Positions 1 through 11,304 of a stretch of 64,000 bases of DNA are shown here, one piece after another. Location of the stretch: assembly GCA_964016885.1 (NCBI GenBank), contig OZ024753.1, positions 21,390,001-21,454,000 of the forward strand, read 5' to 3'. This DNA comes from Eledone cirrhosa (taxonomy: Eukaryota). A program made the position numbers and the translations under genes. Under the pieces are notes generated by a model, which searched no databases, was not told the origin of the DNA, and was given only the letters and a program-made list of their open reading frames with translations. Each line of letters opens with the position of its first letter. The first letter of the stretch is position 1.

Positions 1-540
1 CTACCTTTATTGTCTTATTGATCCATCTCTCAGCCAGGAAAATGCCTACTCCCCCTAACCCATCATCCTTACCTACCCAGAAAAGCTAATAACTACGCTG
101 TTTACCTGTGATTAGTCTCGCAGAGGCACCTCTCCATCTCACCTCTTGCACGCAGCACACTTCGACATGCCTTCTCTCCAGCATCTCCGCTATTTCACCA
201 GATCTACATGTGAGAGTGCCAACATTAAGTGTGGCAACTCTGAGCTGCAACGTCTTCATATTTTTGTTCCTTTTCCTGTAGTGTGATTGCTTGATGACGG
301 TTGGGGGGTTCTCGCACATGGCCGCACCAGCCACCCCACTACCATGTGCAGCCCTAACATGGTTAGTGTTATTGCTGTTTACGCAGTTGTTGCAATTCTC
401 ATTTGTTGTGCTCAATAATTTTTGGCAGTAGTATATATACTGGTTGGATGCCGTTCCTAACACCAGCACCACTTTACAGCATGGACTGGGTGCTTTTATT
501 CGTGCCACCAGGACTAGAGAGGAAGTCTTACTGGACTCAT
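1..540 (-). mobile_element. RTE-clade LINE 5' part (5' UTR plus start of APE endonuclease), disrupted, runs off the window start
   Basis: Minus-strand translation LRVATLNVGTLTCRSGEIAEMLERRHVEVCCVQEVRWRG...RSY*LFWVGKDDGLGGVGIFLAERW is the N-terminus of an RTE-type apurinic endonuclease, with one in-frame stop. The region upstream (440-520) carries the AAAGCACCCAG...TTAGGAA(C/G)GGCATCC module seen in other RTE and SINE copies. Confidence 0.8.
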
Positions 541-595
541 GGGCCCTCTCTACCCCTCCATTTTGCAGCATGGTCATAACAATAATAACAATAAT

Positions 596-777
596 TGTTT
601 CTACTTTAGGCACAAGGCCAGCAATTACCCAGTGCATTACTGGTACTTTATTTTATCGACCCCCGTAAGGATGAAAGGCAAAGTCAACCTCGGCGGCATT
701 TGAACTCAGATCGTAAAGGGACGTAACTATGCTGGAAAGCATGGCGTCCGACCCTCTACCGATACTGCCAATCCACC
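596..777 (-). mobile_element. tRNA-derived SINE (family S1, Meta-domain-like core, (ATT)n tail)
   Basis: Reverse complement has A-box TGGCAGTATCGG, B-box GAGTTCAAATGCC, core GCCTTTCATCCTTACGGGGGTCGATAAAATAAAGTACCAG and tail GGCCTTGTGCCTAAAGTAGAAACAATTATT. Imperfect ~15-bp TSD (aataataaca...) at 581-595 and 778-792. Confidence 0.85.
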
Positions 778-1296
778 AATAATAACACTATTAATAATTA
801 TTAATTAATGCAATCGTGCAATGCCTGTGCGTGAAGAATATTTTTAAAGTGAGGAAAGACTGTGCACTGAGCCAATCCCACTCTCTGAGCAACAGTAACC
901 GAAAAGAAGAAAAGATCAACATCATCGGTAATTACGGAGCCGCAGGTTTTATGTCGGAGTTATCCCAGTTTCTTGAGTTGCCTTCTCCTAGAAAAATGCC
1001 CTGACAAGGGCTAGGGGTCCTTCACTCCCAGTGGTTTAACTGCACAATCGGGTATCCAGCCCAATTATTTCTATGTCCCCGCGCAAAAAAAAAAAAAAAA
1101 TCACTTATTGACACTCATACGTATGACACACACACACACTCACTCATGCATACAAACACACACACGCCACTCACACACACACACACACATATTACCGTCA
1201 TTACTGATACAAGATCATGTCAACTGTTGACTTTCGAAAGAGTTTGTATAATTGAAGCTGTGCGTTACTGTTCAGTATTATTATAATAATATCTAG

Positions 1297-1560
1297 CGAT
1301 ACTGCCAATCCACCAGGCGGTGGATTGGCAGTATCGGTAGAGGGTCGGACGCAATGCTAGGGTGGTGGATTGGCAGTAGGTAGAGGGTCGGACACCATGC
1401 TTTGCAGCGAAGATTTACGGCCCTTGCCATCTGAGTTCAAATTCCGCCGAGGTTAACTTTGCCTTTCATCCTTACGGGTTCGATAAAATATAGTACCAGT
1501 AATACACTGGGTAATTGCTGGTCTTGTGCCAAAAGTAGAAACAATTATTATAATAATTAT
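1297..1560 (+). mobile_element. SINE S1 with rearranged, triplicated 5' head
   Basis: Full copy at ~1362-1560, preceded by a direct partial head (1319-1358) and an inverted partial head (1297-1314). Confidence 0.8.
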
Positions 1561-1565
1561 TTTAC

Positions 1566-1713
1566 AGCATAGAGCTACGGCCCTCCACGCTCCGGGTTCA
1601 AATCCCGCCGAGGTGAACCCTGTCCTTCATCCCCACAGAGCTGACAACAAAGTACCAGCAATGCGCTGGGACAATCGCTGCCCCGTGCCAACAGCAGAAA
1701 TATTATTATTATT
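1566..1713 (+). mobile_element. Diverged, 5'-truncated S1-related SINE
   Basis: B-box GGTTCAAATCCC, core CCTTCATCCCCACAGAGCTGACAACAAAGTACCAG, tail CCCCGTGCCAACAGCAGAAAT followed by (ATT)n. Confidence 0.6.
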
Positions 1714-1928
1714 ATAGTTGTTGTTTTCTTAAGGCCCGATCGCTGGTGATGGTGATGGTGGTGGTGGTGGTGGTGGCAGTTGATGTTGTTGTTGTTGTTG
1801 TTTGTTGTTTCTCTTGATGTTAGTGTTCATTTCATTCTGATGCTGTTGTTGCTGTAGACATTGGTATTGTTGTTGTTGTTGTAGATGTTGTAGACGTTGG
1901 GTTGAAATTTGGTTGTTTTGACTGTGTG

Positions 1929-1959
<31 letters not shown>

Positions 1960-1961
1960 TA

Positions 1962-1992
<31 letters not shown>

Positions 1993-2035
1993 ACACACCG
2001 GTATTGTTGTTGTAGATGTATATATATATATATAT

Positions 2036-2239
2036 AGGAACCAGTAAGACCCCGACAGCTGAGCTCAAGCCGTTTCGACGGCTAATTCTGGACGGCTAAT
2101 TGAGTCCAGAATTAGCCGTCGAAACGGCTTGAGCTCAGCTGTCAGGGTCTTACTGGTTCCTATTACCCACTCTACTACCCCAAGTATTGAGTACTTTGGT
2201 GCGTTATGGTCCACCTGGTTCCTTACCACATTTCCTTCG

Positions 2240-2240
<1 letters not shown>
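2036..2240. repeat. Fold-back (~60-bp arms) Penelope-like terminal element with partial hammerhead (family C)
   Basis: TAGGAACCAGTAAGACCC...CTGGAC / GTCCAG...GGTCTTACTGGTTCCTA inverted repeat, flanked by (TA)n. Contains TGA-gtccagaattagccgtc-GAAA-cggc-ttgagctca-gct-GTC. Confidence 0.65.
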
Positions 2241-2273
<33 letters not shown>

Positions 2274-2279
2274 ATGTAT

Positions 2280-2440
2280 GACCCCGACGGCAGAGCTCAA
2301 GTCGTTTCGATGCTATTTCTGGACTCCAGAAATAGCCGGCGAAACCACTTGAGCTCTGCCATTGGCGTGAAACATTTTCCTATTACCCAAGTATCAGCCG
2401 TACTAAGAGTGAGAAATGAAATTTCATTTTTTCCATTTAT
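2280..2440. repeat. Second family C fold-back copy
   Basis: GGCAGAGCTCAAGT...TTTCTGGA / CCAGAAATAGC...CTTGAGCTCTGCC inverted repeat. Its tail GCCGTACTAAGAGTGAGAAATGAAATTTC recurs inverted at ~42175-42222. Confidence 0.55.
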
Positions 2441-2464
2441 ATATATACATATATATATATATGC

Positions 2465-3115
2465 ACAGGCATGAAAAGACTGGCAAAATAGGAGAAAGAG
2501 AGAACAGTGTGAAGATGGTAGAATAGAAGCCATGTTGCAGGTATACTTAGAGGGAAGTTTGTGCATGTTCTGCACCATGAGGAACATAAGCATAAGGTGT
2601 TTAGGATTGCAAGGCCATGTGTGAGAGGAAAATGAAGATTTTGTTGAGGAGAAATCTATCCAAAATGACAGTGGCATTCTTGCTCTCACTCATGCTGAAA
2701 AGAAAGTACCATGAAAGTGCCATTGTGAGAGACTGTTAAATGAGGAGAATGGAAGGAAGATGGCCTACCTCAAGCAGATCCAATAGAGGGAGCAGCCATT
2801 TAAGTTAGCAGCTGTATAGTAAGGTAATTATGGATATGAAGACTGACAAAGCAGCATGTCTGTCAGGGACAGTAAGTGAGATGTTGACAGCATTTGGTTA
2901 GGGGGACCGGACACTCACTAACAATGTACATTGTAAATCAAGTAATACAGAATAATGTCATACCTAATGACTGGTATAGCAGCATCATTGTCAACTGATA
3001 CAAGGACAAAGGACAAAGGAGACAGACTGGACAGAGGAAACTAGAGAGGCATCAAGTTGATGGACCAGGTCATGAAAGTTACTGAATTATTGCACAATTT
3101 AGGGAAGAAAGGTTT
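2465..3115 (+). mobile_element. Heavily decayed RTE LINE fragment (region before the RT domain)
   Basis: Fragmentary peptides (EEKSIQNDSGILALTHAEK; LPQADPIEG; RGIKLMDQVMKV) match the RTE copy at 38465-38900. Confidence 0.65.
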
Positions 3116-3774
3116 TTAGATGCATATAAACACTTTAAAACAAAGAACTTTTATCATATAACTCAGTGCTTTTTACTGTGGCTCTAAAGAGTTTCTTTCA
3201 ACCATCCTTTATTTAAAATTGATAAAACATAAATCCGATATTTAAACCATGATGCTTTCCAAACAGTTAGTTTGAAGTTACCTTAAGTGAACTTACTGGT
3301 AATTACAAATAATTTCTATATTGTATGATGTAGCACTCAGTTCTATACATGATGATGTCTCTGGGATCGCTGACATAGGACGACCTCAGTTCTATCGAGT
3401 AAGAGCAAGAAGAAGAAGAATGATGTAGCAGGAAAATTATATCCCTGAAGAAAATGCTAGGTTATTGTAATTTTGGTATCAATTCATACTGGCAAAATAA
3501 AATTTCATCTTAGATTTGTTGAGATTTGCTTGCGTAATTACACATATATTGTCATAATAGCTATTTATATTTTTTATTGAAGTCTTAAATGTATTAGTTT
3601 CTCTTAAAATGGCTTCTGAGAAAGCTTAACTATTTGTAACAATGTCCAAATCTATGTTTTACTAACTGTACTCCTTTTCTTTGTCTGTTTGTCACACTTG
3701 AACAATGTATGATATGTCAAAAGCTTTCTAAAATCTTATGGAGAATTTATGGAACACAAATGGAAGACAGAAAA

Positions 3775-3784
3775 CATGTGTGTA

Positions 3785-3834
<50 letters not shown>

Positions 3835-3839
3835 TAATT

Positions 3840-3870
<31 letters not shown>

Positions 3871-3995
3871 CTATATATATATATACATATATGTATATTA
3901 TCTCTCTCTCTGTATCTATCTATATATATATATATGTGTATTATCTCTCTCTCTCTCACTCTCTATCTATCTATCTCTATATATATATATGTGTA

Positions 3996-4073
<78 letters not shown>

Positions 4074-4100
4074 ATATATATATATTTTTATTTTTATTTT
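3775..4100. repeat. Compound (TG)/(TA)/(TC)/(TCTA) microsatellite with higher-order unit
   Basis: Recurrent unit tatatatgtgtattatctctctctc, which resumes at 4650-4755. Confidence 0.9.
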
Positions 4101-4105
4101 TTATG

Positions 4106-4643
4106 TTTCTTTATTAGCTACAGGAGCACAAAAGAAGGGGACAAATACAAAGGGGGAAGTTTACATACAATAAAAACGTGTAAAATATCACAAATACAAT
4201 TTAAAAGTTAATCGATTTTCCCCAATAGGGGGAGACATTTCATATGGGTAACACATACCCCCGAAAAAATGTGCAACCCTCATCTCCAGGAGTACGAAGA
4301 GTTTGTACCCCTTTCCTCTCTTCCTCTTTTTCCTCAACCTACAGGCTGATATAGAGAGAAGGCCCATCCACTCGGGCCATTCTCGCCACTTTCATAAAAC
4401 TTGCTGGGGTACAGCACCTCTCTCTCCATCCTGATTCTTCTTCCAAAGTGGTATTTGAAAAAAAGAATCAGTTGTTGGCCGGAGAGAAAGGTGTCTGACC
4501 TTAGCCCTTTTAACCTCGTCCACCATACAACCTCTTTCGCCATAGCTATCACACAAAGGAAAGCCGTCTCTCCTTCGTATTTGAACGAGGGTGGCGGTTT
4601 GATCATGACAATGGACTCGGTGGTCAACCGGATTGGTCCCACC
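4106..4643 (-). mobile_element. Tx1-like LINE 3' fragment (inverted partner of 4756-5410)
   Basis: ORF 4334-4642 (GPIRLTTESIVMIKPPPSFK...WWTRLKGLRSDTFLSGQQL) is almost identical to ORF 4633-5172 on the + strand; same 3' UTR ending AATAAAGAAA. Confidence 0.9.
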
Positions 4644-4755
4644 GAGAAACATATCTATATATATATATGTGTATTATCCTCTCTCTCTCTCTCTCTCTCT
4701 CTGTCCGTCTATCTCTCTCTCTCTCTCTCTCTGTCTGTCTATCTCTCTCTCTCTC

Positions 4756-5410
4756 TGTCCGAGGTGCGTGCGAGACGAAGAAACCGTCGCGCACGCATTC
4801 ATACACTGCCCGGGCGTCACTGACCTGTGGGGCTATGTAGAACGACTATTGTCGCAGGTGGGACCAATCCTGTTGACCACCGAGTCCATTGTCATGATCA
4901 AGCCGCCACCCTCCTTCAAAAACGAAGGAGAGGCGGTTTTCCTTTGTGTGATAGCTATGGCGAAAGAGGTTGTATGGTGGACAAGGTTGAAAGGGCTGAG
5001 GTCAGACACCTTTCTCTCCGGCCAACAACTGATTCTTTTTTTCAAATACCATTTTGGAAGAAGAATCAGGATGGAGAGAGAGGTGCTGTACCCCAGCAAG
5101 TTTTATGAAAGGTGGGTGAAAGTGGCGAGAATGGCCCGAGTGAATGGGCCTTCTCTCTATATCAGCCTGTAGGTTGAGGAAAAGGAGGAGGAGAGGAAAG
5201 GAGTACAAGCTCTTCGTACTCCTGGAGATGAGGGTTGCACATTTTTTTTCGGGGGTATGTGTTACCCATATAAACTGTCTCCCTCTATTGGGGAAAATCG
5301 ACTAACTTTTAAATTCCATCTGTGATAACATTTTACACGTTTTTATTGTATGTAAACTTCCCCCTTTGTATTTGTCCCCTTCTTTTGTGCCCCTGTGGCT
5401 AATAAAGAAA
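4756..5410 (+). mobile_element. Tx1-like LINE 3' fragment (C-terminal zinc finger plus 3' UTR)
   Basis: CPRCVRDEETVAHAFIHC is an L1/Tx1 C-terminal CCHC motif. Ends GCCCCTGTGGCTAATAAAGAAA followed by a TCTA repeat. Confidence 0.9.
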
Positions 5411-5616
5411 TATATCTATCTATGTATCTCAGATAGTCTGGACGTGTACCACTTTGCTGGTAAGTTTTTTGTTAATTTTGTATGCAAAAAACAGAAACTT
5501 TTTGTTAAAAAATACACTGTTTTGTAGATTAACCCCCAGGCTGAATTGTCAGCTGGGCGGTAATCTCACTTTTCGCCCCACAGAGGTGAAAATTTAATTA
5601 TAAAATTTTTCAAAAA

Positions 5617-7306
5617 ATGTTTAATATTTTGCCATCAACAATGGCTAGCGTAGAAGGAAAGATAGTGAACGTTGAGAAAGAAAGTAAAGAGAAAGAGACA
5701 GATATTAATGTTGTCGCCACGTGTGCCTGTATAGACATCACTATGGAATCGAATAGTGACAACATAGTTTTGTTTCGTGAAGAAAGTGAAATATGCAACT
5801 TAAAAATTGAACCACACAGTATACAACAGACAGCAAAAGCAACAGAAAATAAAACAATTGACACAACTACAAACAGAAAAACTGACAACCACAACAACAA
5901 CAACAACAACACAAAAAACAAAAAGCTTTTGCACAAACAGTCATAAACAAAATTGACTACAAGGATATAGATATCACCAATGCAAGACAAATGTCTGAAG
6001 GAAAGAAATTTATAATTAAGGACATTAACCTTCAGAACTGTTTCAAATGAAACAAAAAAACCAGCATTCCTCAGTCAAGGGGAAATTGAAGCAACCTTAA
6101 AGGAGGTATTGCCGGATATAGACTTTACGCAGAGGGCAAAACAGTATGGGAGTTTTTCGGTGCTCCTCAAAAGCGACCCCTTGTACAAAAATATTCCGTG
6201 ACACCAATAATTTAAAAAAATACACCTTTTTCCCTATATACTTGTGAAAAAGGACTAAAAAAATAAAAATCACCAACATACCACCAAATATTAATATTTG
6301 GTGAATATTGGCAGGTTTCTTAGAGGAGGGACAGAACATCATTCTCTCCATCAAGAAGTCAACCAGACATACGTGGTCTGGTACAAATTTGGAGATTCTA
6401 GTTCAAATGAGGCCGGAGAGAATCTCCGAAATACCTGAAAGAGTGCTGGTCGACAACAACAGCCATATAAACATTTCGCCTGAAGGAAGACCACGCTGCT
6501 TTCGATGTAACAGTACATCGCATCTAAAGGCCTCCTGCCTTTTACAGACACACTTTAAAAAAACAATCCCCCAAAAATACTGTTACCAACACCAACACCA
6601 ATCAACCACCACCACCACCACAACAACAACAACACACAAAACATGCAAACGCACCAAAACAAACAGCCACTCAACCAACAACAAAAGAAAAAACACAGAC
6701 AACTCCCCTGAAAAACACAGTCCCACCCCATCCCACGCCATCCAACACTACCACAAACACACACACAAAAACATCATCACCACACAACATACCCCTACCG
6801 CATGCTCTTGATGACAATTCATCGTCAGACGAGGCTACTTCTCCATCCCCAAGCGAGGATGAAAGAGAGCTCGGAAATCAAAAAAAACAAAAAAAGAAAC
6901 ACCGTAAAGCCACAAAAACACCAACCACCGACGCAAACAACACAAACAACAACACAATCAAACCTCTCCTTACCAACAAAACAAATACCAACACCACCCC
7001 AAACAACAATACGCATACATCAACACCAACAACAAGAATTTGATGGAGGTCATCTCCAAAAACCCCAAGGTGGGGACCGACGGTAAAAATTTCATAAAAG
7101 CAGAATTGTCTCCATACCTCAAACTGATAAGGGTTCACATGGAAAACTATAATAAACTGAAAAATGAATTTTCGCAGGATGTGGGCAACTCCTGTCAAAA
7201 ACTGATTAACTGCGTCCTGTTAAAATGTTTCCCTACCCCACCCAACACGCCCACCAGCACCCAAATGGAGATTGAACAACCCGATCTCCAGGAAACTAAA
7301 AGTTAA
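5617..7306 (+). pseudogene. Tx1-like ORF1 (gag-like, CCHC knuckle), disrupted
   Basis: EGRPRCFRCNSTSHLKASC (C-x2-C-x4-H-x4-C) near 6480-6540. Thr/Lys-rich low-complexity flanks; homologous to 16944-18829. Confidence 0.8.
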
Positions 7307-7347
7307 GTGCATCTTTTTGTCCTTTTCACCAACTCTTCTCCACCAAC

Positions 7348-10300
7348 ATGGCTAATTTACGAGTTGGAAGTGTAAAAGTGCGTGGCCTAGGGTTGCCCTG
7401 GAAACAGGGCCAACTTTTAAACGACCTTAGGTCACACAGTATGAATGTGATAGCCATCACTGAGTCCAGGTCCACAACAGGCAGCAACTAACCCCCATCT
7501 TCAATGACTTTGAGATCTATGCATCTCTCTGTCAGCCAGAAGATGGAGGGGGAGTGGCTGTCATGTTTCGGAAAAACCTGGACCTCGAAGTACAGCAAGG
7601 ACACTTGGACCCGGATGATAGACTGGTAGTCCTAGATGTGAACAGTGTTGGAGGTGGAGCCTTCAGACTGGTGGCCGTTTCTGCCCCGACTGGGCAATCG
7701 CGGCCAGACTTCTTTAAGCGTCTAGAGTCTTTTTTGGGAACGTCTCGCTCCTTGCTTTTAGTCGGGAAATGGAATGGTATCCTAGACGCACGATGGTACT
7801 ATGTAGGAACATGTCCCAGTAGAGGGGGGTGCAACAGCCTCAAAAATTTAATCGGTCAATTCCAAATGGCCGATAGGTATCGACTAGATTTCCCGACTGC
7901 ACCACAGTGGACGTGGACAAACCGTAGCGGGACATCTAGATCGTATTTAGACAGGTTCTTTATTAGAGAGAGAGACAAGAAGATGTTAAGCTGTCCACAA
8001 ATGCACATGGTTGCCTATTCAGACTATAAACTAGTCAACTGCATAGTCAACCATGATAGAATACATAGACTGGACCTGGATACTGGAAGCTGAACATGTC
8101 ACTACTTACACGTAAAGCCTACAGTGAACGGATAAGTAGATTAGTTAAGCAACAGTTGACGGGAGCCATCGTCAACAACAGATGGTGGTACTCTCTCAAG
8201 AGAACAATTAGAGTAGAGTCGATAGACTTTAGCAGAGAATTAGCCTTAGAGAAAAACAAAACAGAAACAGAACTAGTAGCCAAGATAGAGGAGGCGCTTA
8301 GGAGTGGAAATGCAGTTAGAGTGCTAGCAACGAGAACGGCACTGGACCAGTTCTTCAACGCGAAACACGAAGGCTGCTTGGTCAGAAGTAAATCACGTGC
8401 TCTAGGGAATGAGGGAGCAAAAGCTGTTCGCTAGGCCCGAGTGGCAGAAGCATAAAGTGGCAACAAGTCCACGATTCGGTCTTTGAAAGACCAAAATGGA
8501 CGCGTGCTACTTGATCCCAAGTGGATGTGCGCGGCCTTTCAGCGGCACTTTGCGCAACTGTTCGAGCAGAGTGGCGGTGCGTTGAATGGGTCAATGGACT
8601 TCGCTTCATACCTTGACTGCCTGCCGCATCTCTCGAGCATTGACGTCGAGTTCTGCGAAAGACCGATCACAGCCACTGAGATACGGGACGCTCTGGGCCG
8701 CTCTGGGAAATGCAAATCACCCGGTCTCGATGGTCTACCCTATGAGTTTTACATAGGTATCCCGGACTTGTTCTCTGGCGTCCTTGAAGCCGTCTACTGC
8801 ACTTGGCAGCAGAACGGGGGAATTCTCAGTTCTGCAGGCAGGGGCATCGTAACGCTGATCAGGAAAGACGAGAGCAAGGGGGATGAAATAAGCAACTTTA
8901 GGCCCATAACTCTGCTCAACACAGAGTTAAAGATTTTGGCCAAGGCATTGGTAACAAGGTTGGCACTTGTCTTCGAGAACATGGTAGGGAAAGTGCAAAC
9001 GTGTGCAATCCCAATTTAAATCAGTCTAAGGCGTTCGATAGGGTCGACCATCGATAGTTGGAAGCGGTTCTCAAGGCGGCCGGTTTTGGACCCATCTTCA
9101 GAAGTTGGATCGCTGCAATGCGTACCAACATCTGCTCGATGGTCAAGGTGAACGGCTACCTATCGGAGCCATTCGCAATCACGCGTTCCATCCGACAGGG
9201 ATGCCCTCTCTCCTCTGGAGCCACTACCACGGAAGTTGAAGCTGCTGCAAGGTATCCTGTTGGAACCAGGACTGCGGAAAGTGGCGTCGGTTTATGCCGA
9301 CATCGTGACAGTAATGGTGTCGGAAGCCCCAGAAATCGGGGCGATCAGCAACTTACTACAGGAATACAAAAGGCTCACTGGAGCAAAACTGAACCCAGAC
9401 AAGTCTGTCAGTTTGCAACTCGGAATGTGGAGAGGCAAACCAATGCCGTCTGACAACATCGTCGGACGCTGGATGGACGGACCGGTGTAATTGCTCGGGG
9501 TCTGGGTCAGTCTGGACCTCCAGGTGGAGAAAAACTGGAATGAGGTCACGGCCAAGGTGTTTGCGCTCACCCAGAAGTGGGCAGAGTGCAAACTATCCTT
9601 GAAAGGTCGAGCGGAGGTGGCGAACACTTTCATAGCATCCGTCATCTACTACCGCTTGACCATCGTGCCTTGTCCCCGTGAACACCTCACTAAGATGGAT
9701 TGCATGCTCTTCCAGTTCCTTTGGAAGAAGCAGGCTCCATTGGTGAGGAGATCCGTCTGCTGTCAGCACTCTTCCAATGGAGGGCTGGGAATGCTGTGGC
9801 TGATGATGCGCAAATATGCGCTGAGGCTGCGGCATCTCCAGGTATTCCTCACCGACCTCCAACCGGTGTGGGCACCATTTATGAGACAGGCCTTCCTGCA
9901 ACTTGTCTCGCTGATGGAGTTGCAGCCCTGGGTCAAGTGGAGACCGAAGAAGATGGGCGCCTGGTACATTGAATGCGCCCAGGCGCTCACAGACCTCTGT
10001 CAAGCGGGCGCACAGCAATCAGTGGAGACTCCACTTCGACATTCTATAGAGGGTTAGTACTTTACAAGGGTGACAACAAGAGACTCTGGGCGTCGAAGAC
10101 AACGAATTCACCAGTCTGTTTGGTAGGATTTTCCGCTCGGGACCTATGGACAACTTCCAGAGGTCCCTGGCCTGGCAGTGCTACCGAGGAGCTCTATCAA
10201 TTTCAGACAAGATCTACAGGCACGGACGCCCCGGCAGGGATCCTTCCAAGAGGAGGTGTCCAAGATGCAAGCAGGGCATTGAAACCGTCTTGCACGCAAT

Positions 10301-10676
10301 TGTACACTGCCTGGGCGTAACTGACCTGTGGAACTACGCAGAACAACTGCTGTCGCGTATGGGACAAATCCAGTTGACTGCCGAGTTCATAGTGAGGATC
10401 AAACCGCCAACTTCTTTCAAAAACGAAAGAGAGGTGGTTTTCCTCTGTATAGTGGCTATGGTGAAAGAAGTTATATGGTGGACGAGATTGAGAGGACTGA
10501 GGACAGATGTCTTTCTCTAAGGACAACAACTAATTCCCTTCTTTAGATACCACTTTAGAAGGAGAATCAGAGTGGAGAGAGAGGCACTGCACCCCAGTAA
10601 ATTTACTGAAATTTACTGGGTGAATGTAGCAAAAATGGCCCGAGTGATTGGGCCTTCTCTGTATATAAATCTGTAG
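7348..10676 (+). pseudogene. Tx1-like ORF2 (APE endonuclease, RT, CCHC), disrupted
   Basis: WTWTN...SYLDRFFI...YSDYK (EN); KSPGLDGLPYEFY, NFRPITLLNTELKILAK, IRQGCPLS, YADI (RT); LSLKGRAEVAN; CPRCKQGIETVLHAIVHC. A ~90-bp internal deletion near 9013. Confidence 0.92.
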
Positions 10677-11304
10677 GCTGAAGAAGAGAGCAAAAGGAAG
10701 AAAGGAGCATTGCACAACACACTCCTAGAGTTGGGGGTTGTTCTATCGACGGAGTATTAAACAACCCATTTCTAACGCCTCCCCCTTATTGGGGATTTCG
10801 ATTGTTAAATTTGTTTGTTGAAAATATTTTTTTACACGATTGTATTTAAAATCCCCGGCATATATCCTTGTATTGTCCCCTTTTCTTTTGCGCCCTTGTG
10901 GCAAATAAAGAAATCTATCTATCTATCTCTCTATCTATATATATATATAAAGAATAGAAGCACCAAAGAGTCAATATGCTATCAAACTAACACACACATG
11001 TTTCCACCAATAGAGATTCAGTCCAAGGATTTGAGATTATAAAATCAGAAATTTTAGAATTTTCTTAAAAACTTTTTTTTCCCCAAAAATTTAGCATAAA
11101 AATTTCCTTATGTTTTTCTACTTCGACTCAAAAACGACATCGTGGTTATTTTCATAAGATGTCACTTTACATATAGATATTGTATATATGTTGGCACCAT
11201 TGCTGTTATTGATCTTTAAACCTTCTGGTAAAGTTTATAGTCAATAATAGCAACACTGTTATTATTATTAAAGTTGTGTGTATATATATATATATATATA
11301 TTTA

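Larger units (their letters stand above)
5430..10913 (+). mobile_element. Full-length but decayed Tx1-like (L1 group) LINE, copy 1, in (TCTA)n
   Basis: 5' UTR, ORF1 with zinc knuckle, ORF2 EN-RT-CCHC with many stops and frameshifts, 3' end GCCCTTGTGGCAAATAAAGAAA-(TCTA)n. Confidence 0.92.

Noticed and set aside
810-1100. CpG-containing segment ending in A16 as a retrocopy or promoter
   Set aside because: No recognisable ORF, polyadenylation signal or TSD; identity unresolved.
1729-1925. Gln/Pro-rich minus-strand ORF as a host exon
   Set aside because: Built from (CAA)n and (CAC)n repeats next to dinucleotide tracts; cannot be distinguished from simple repeats.
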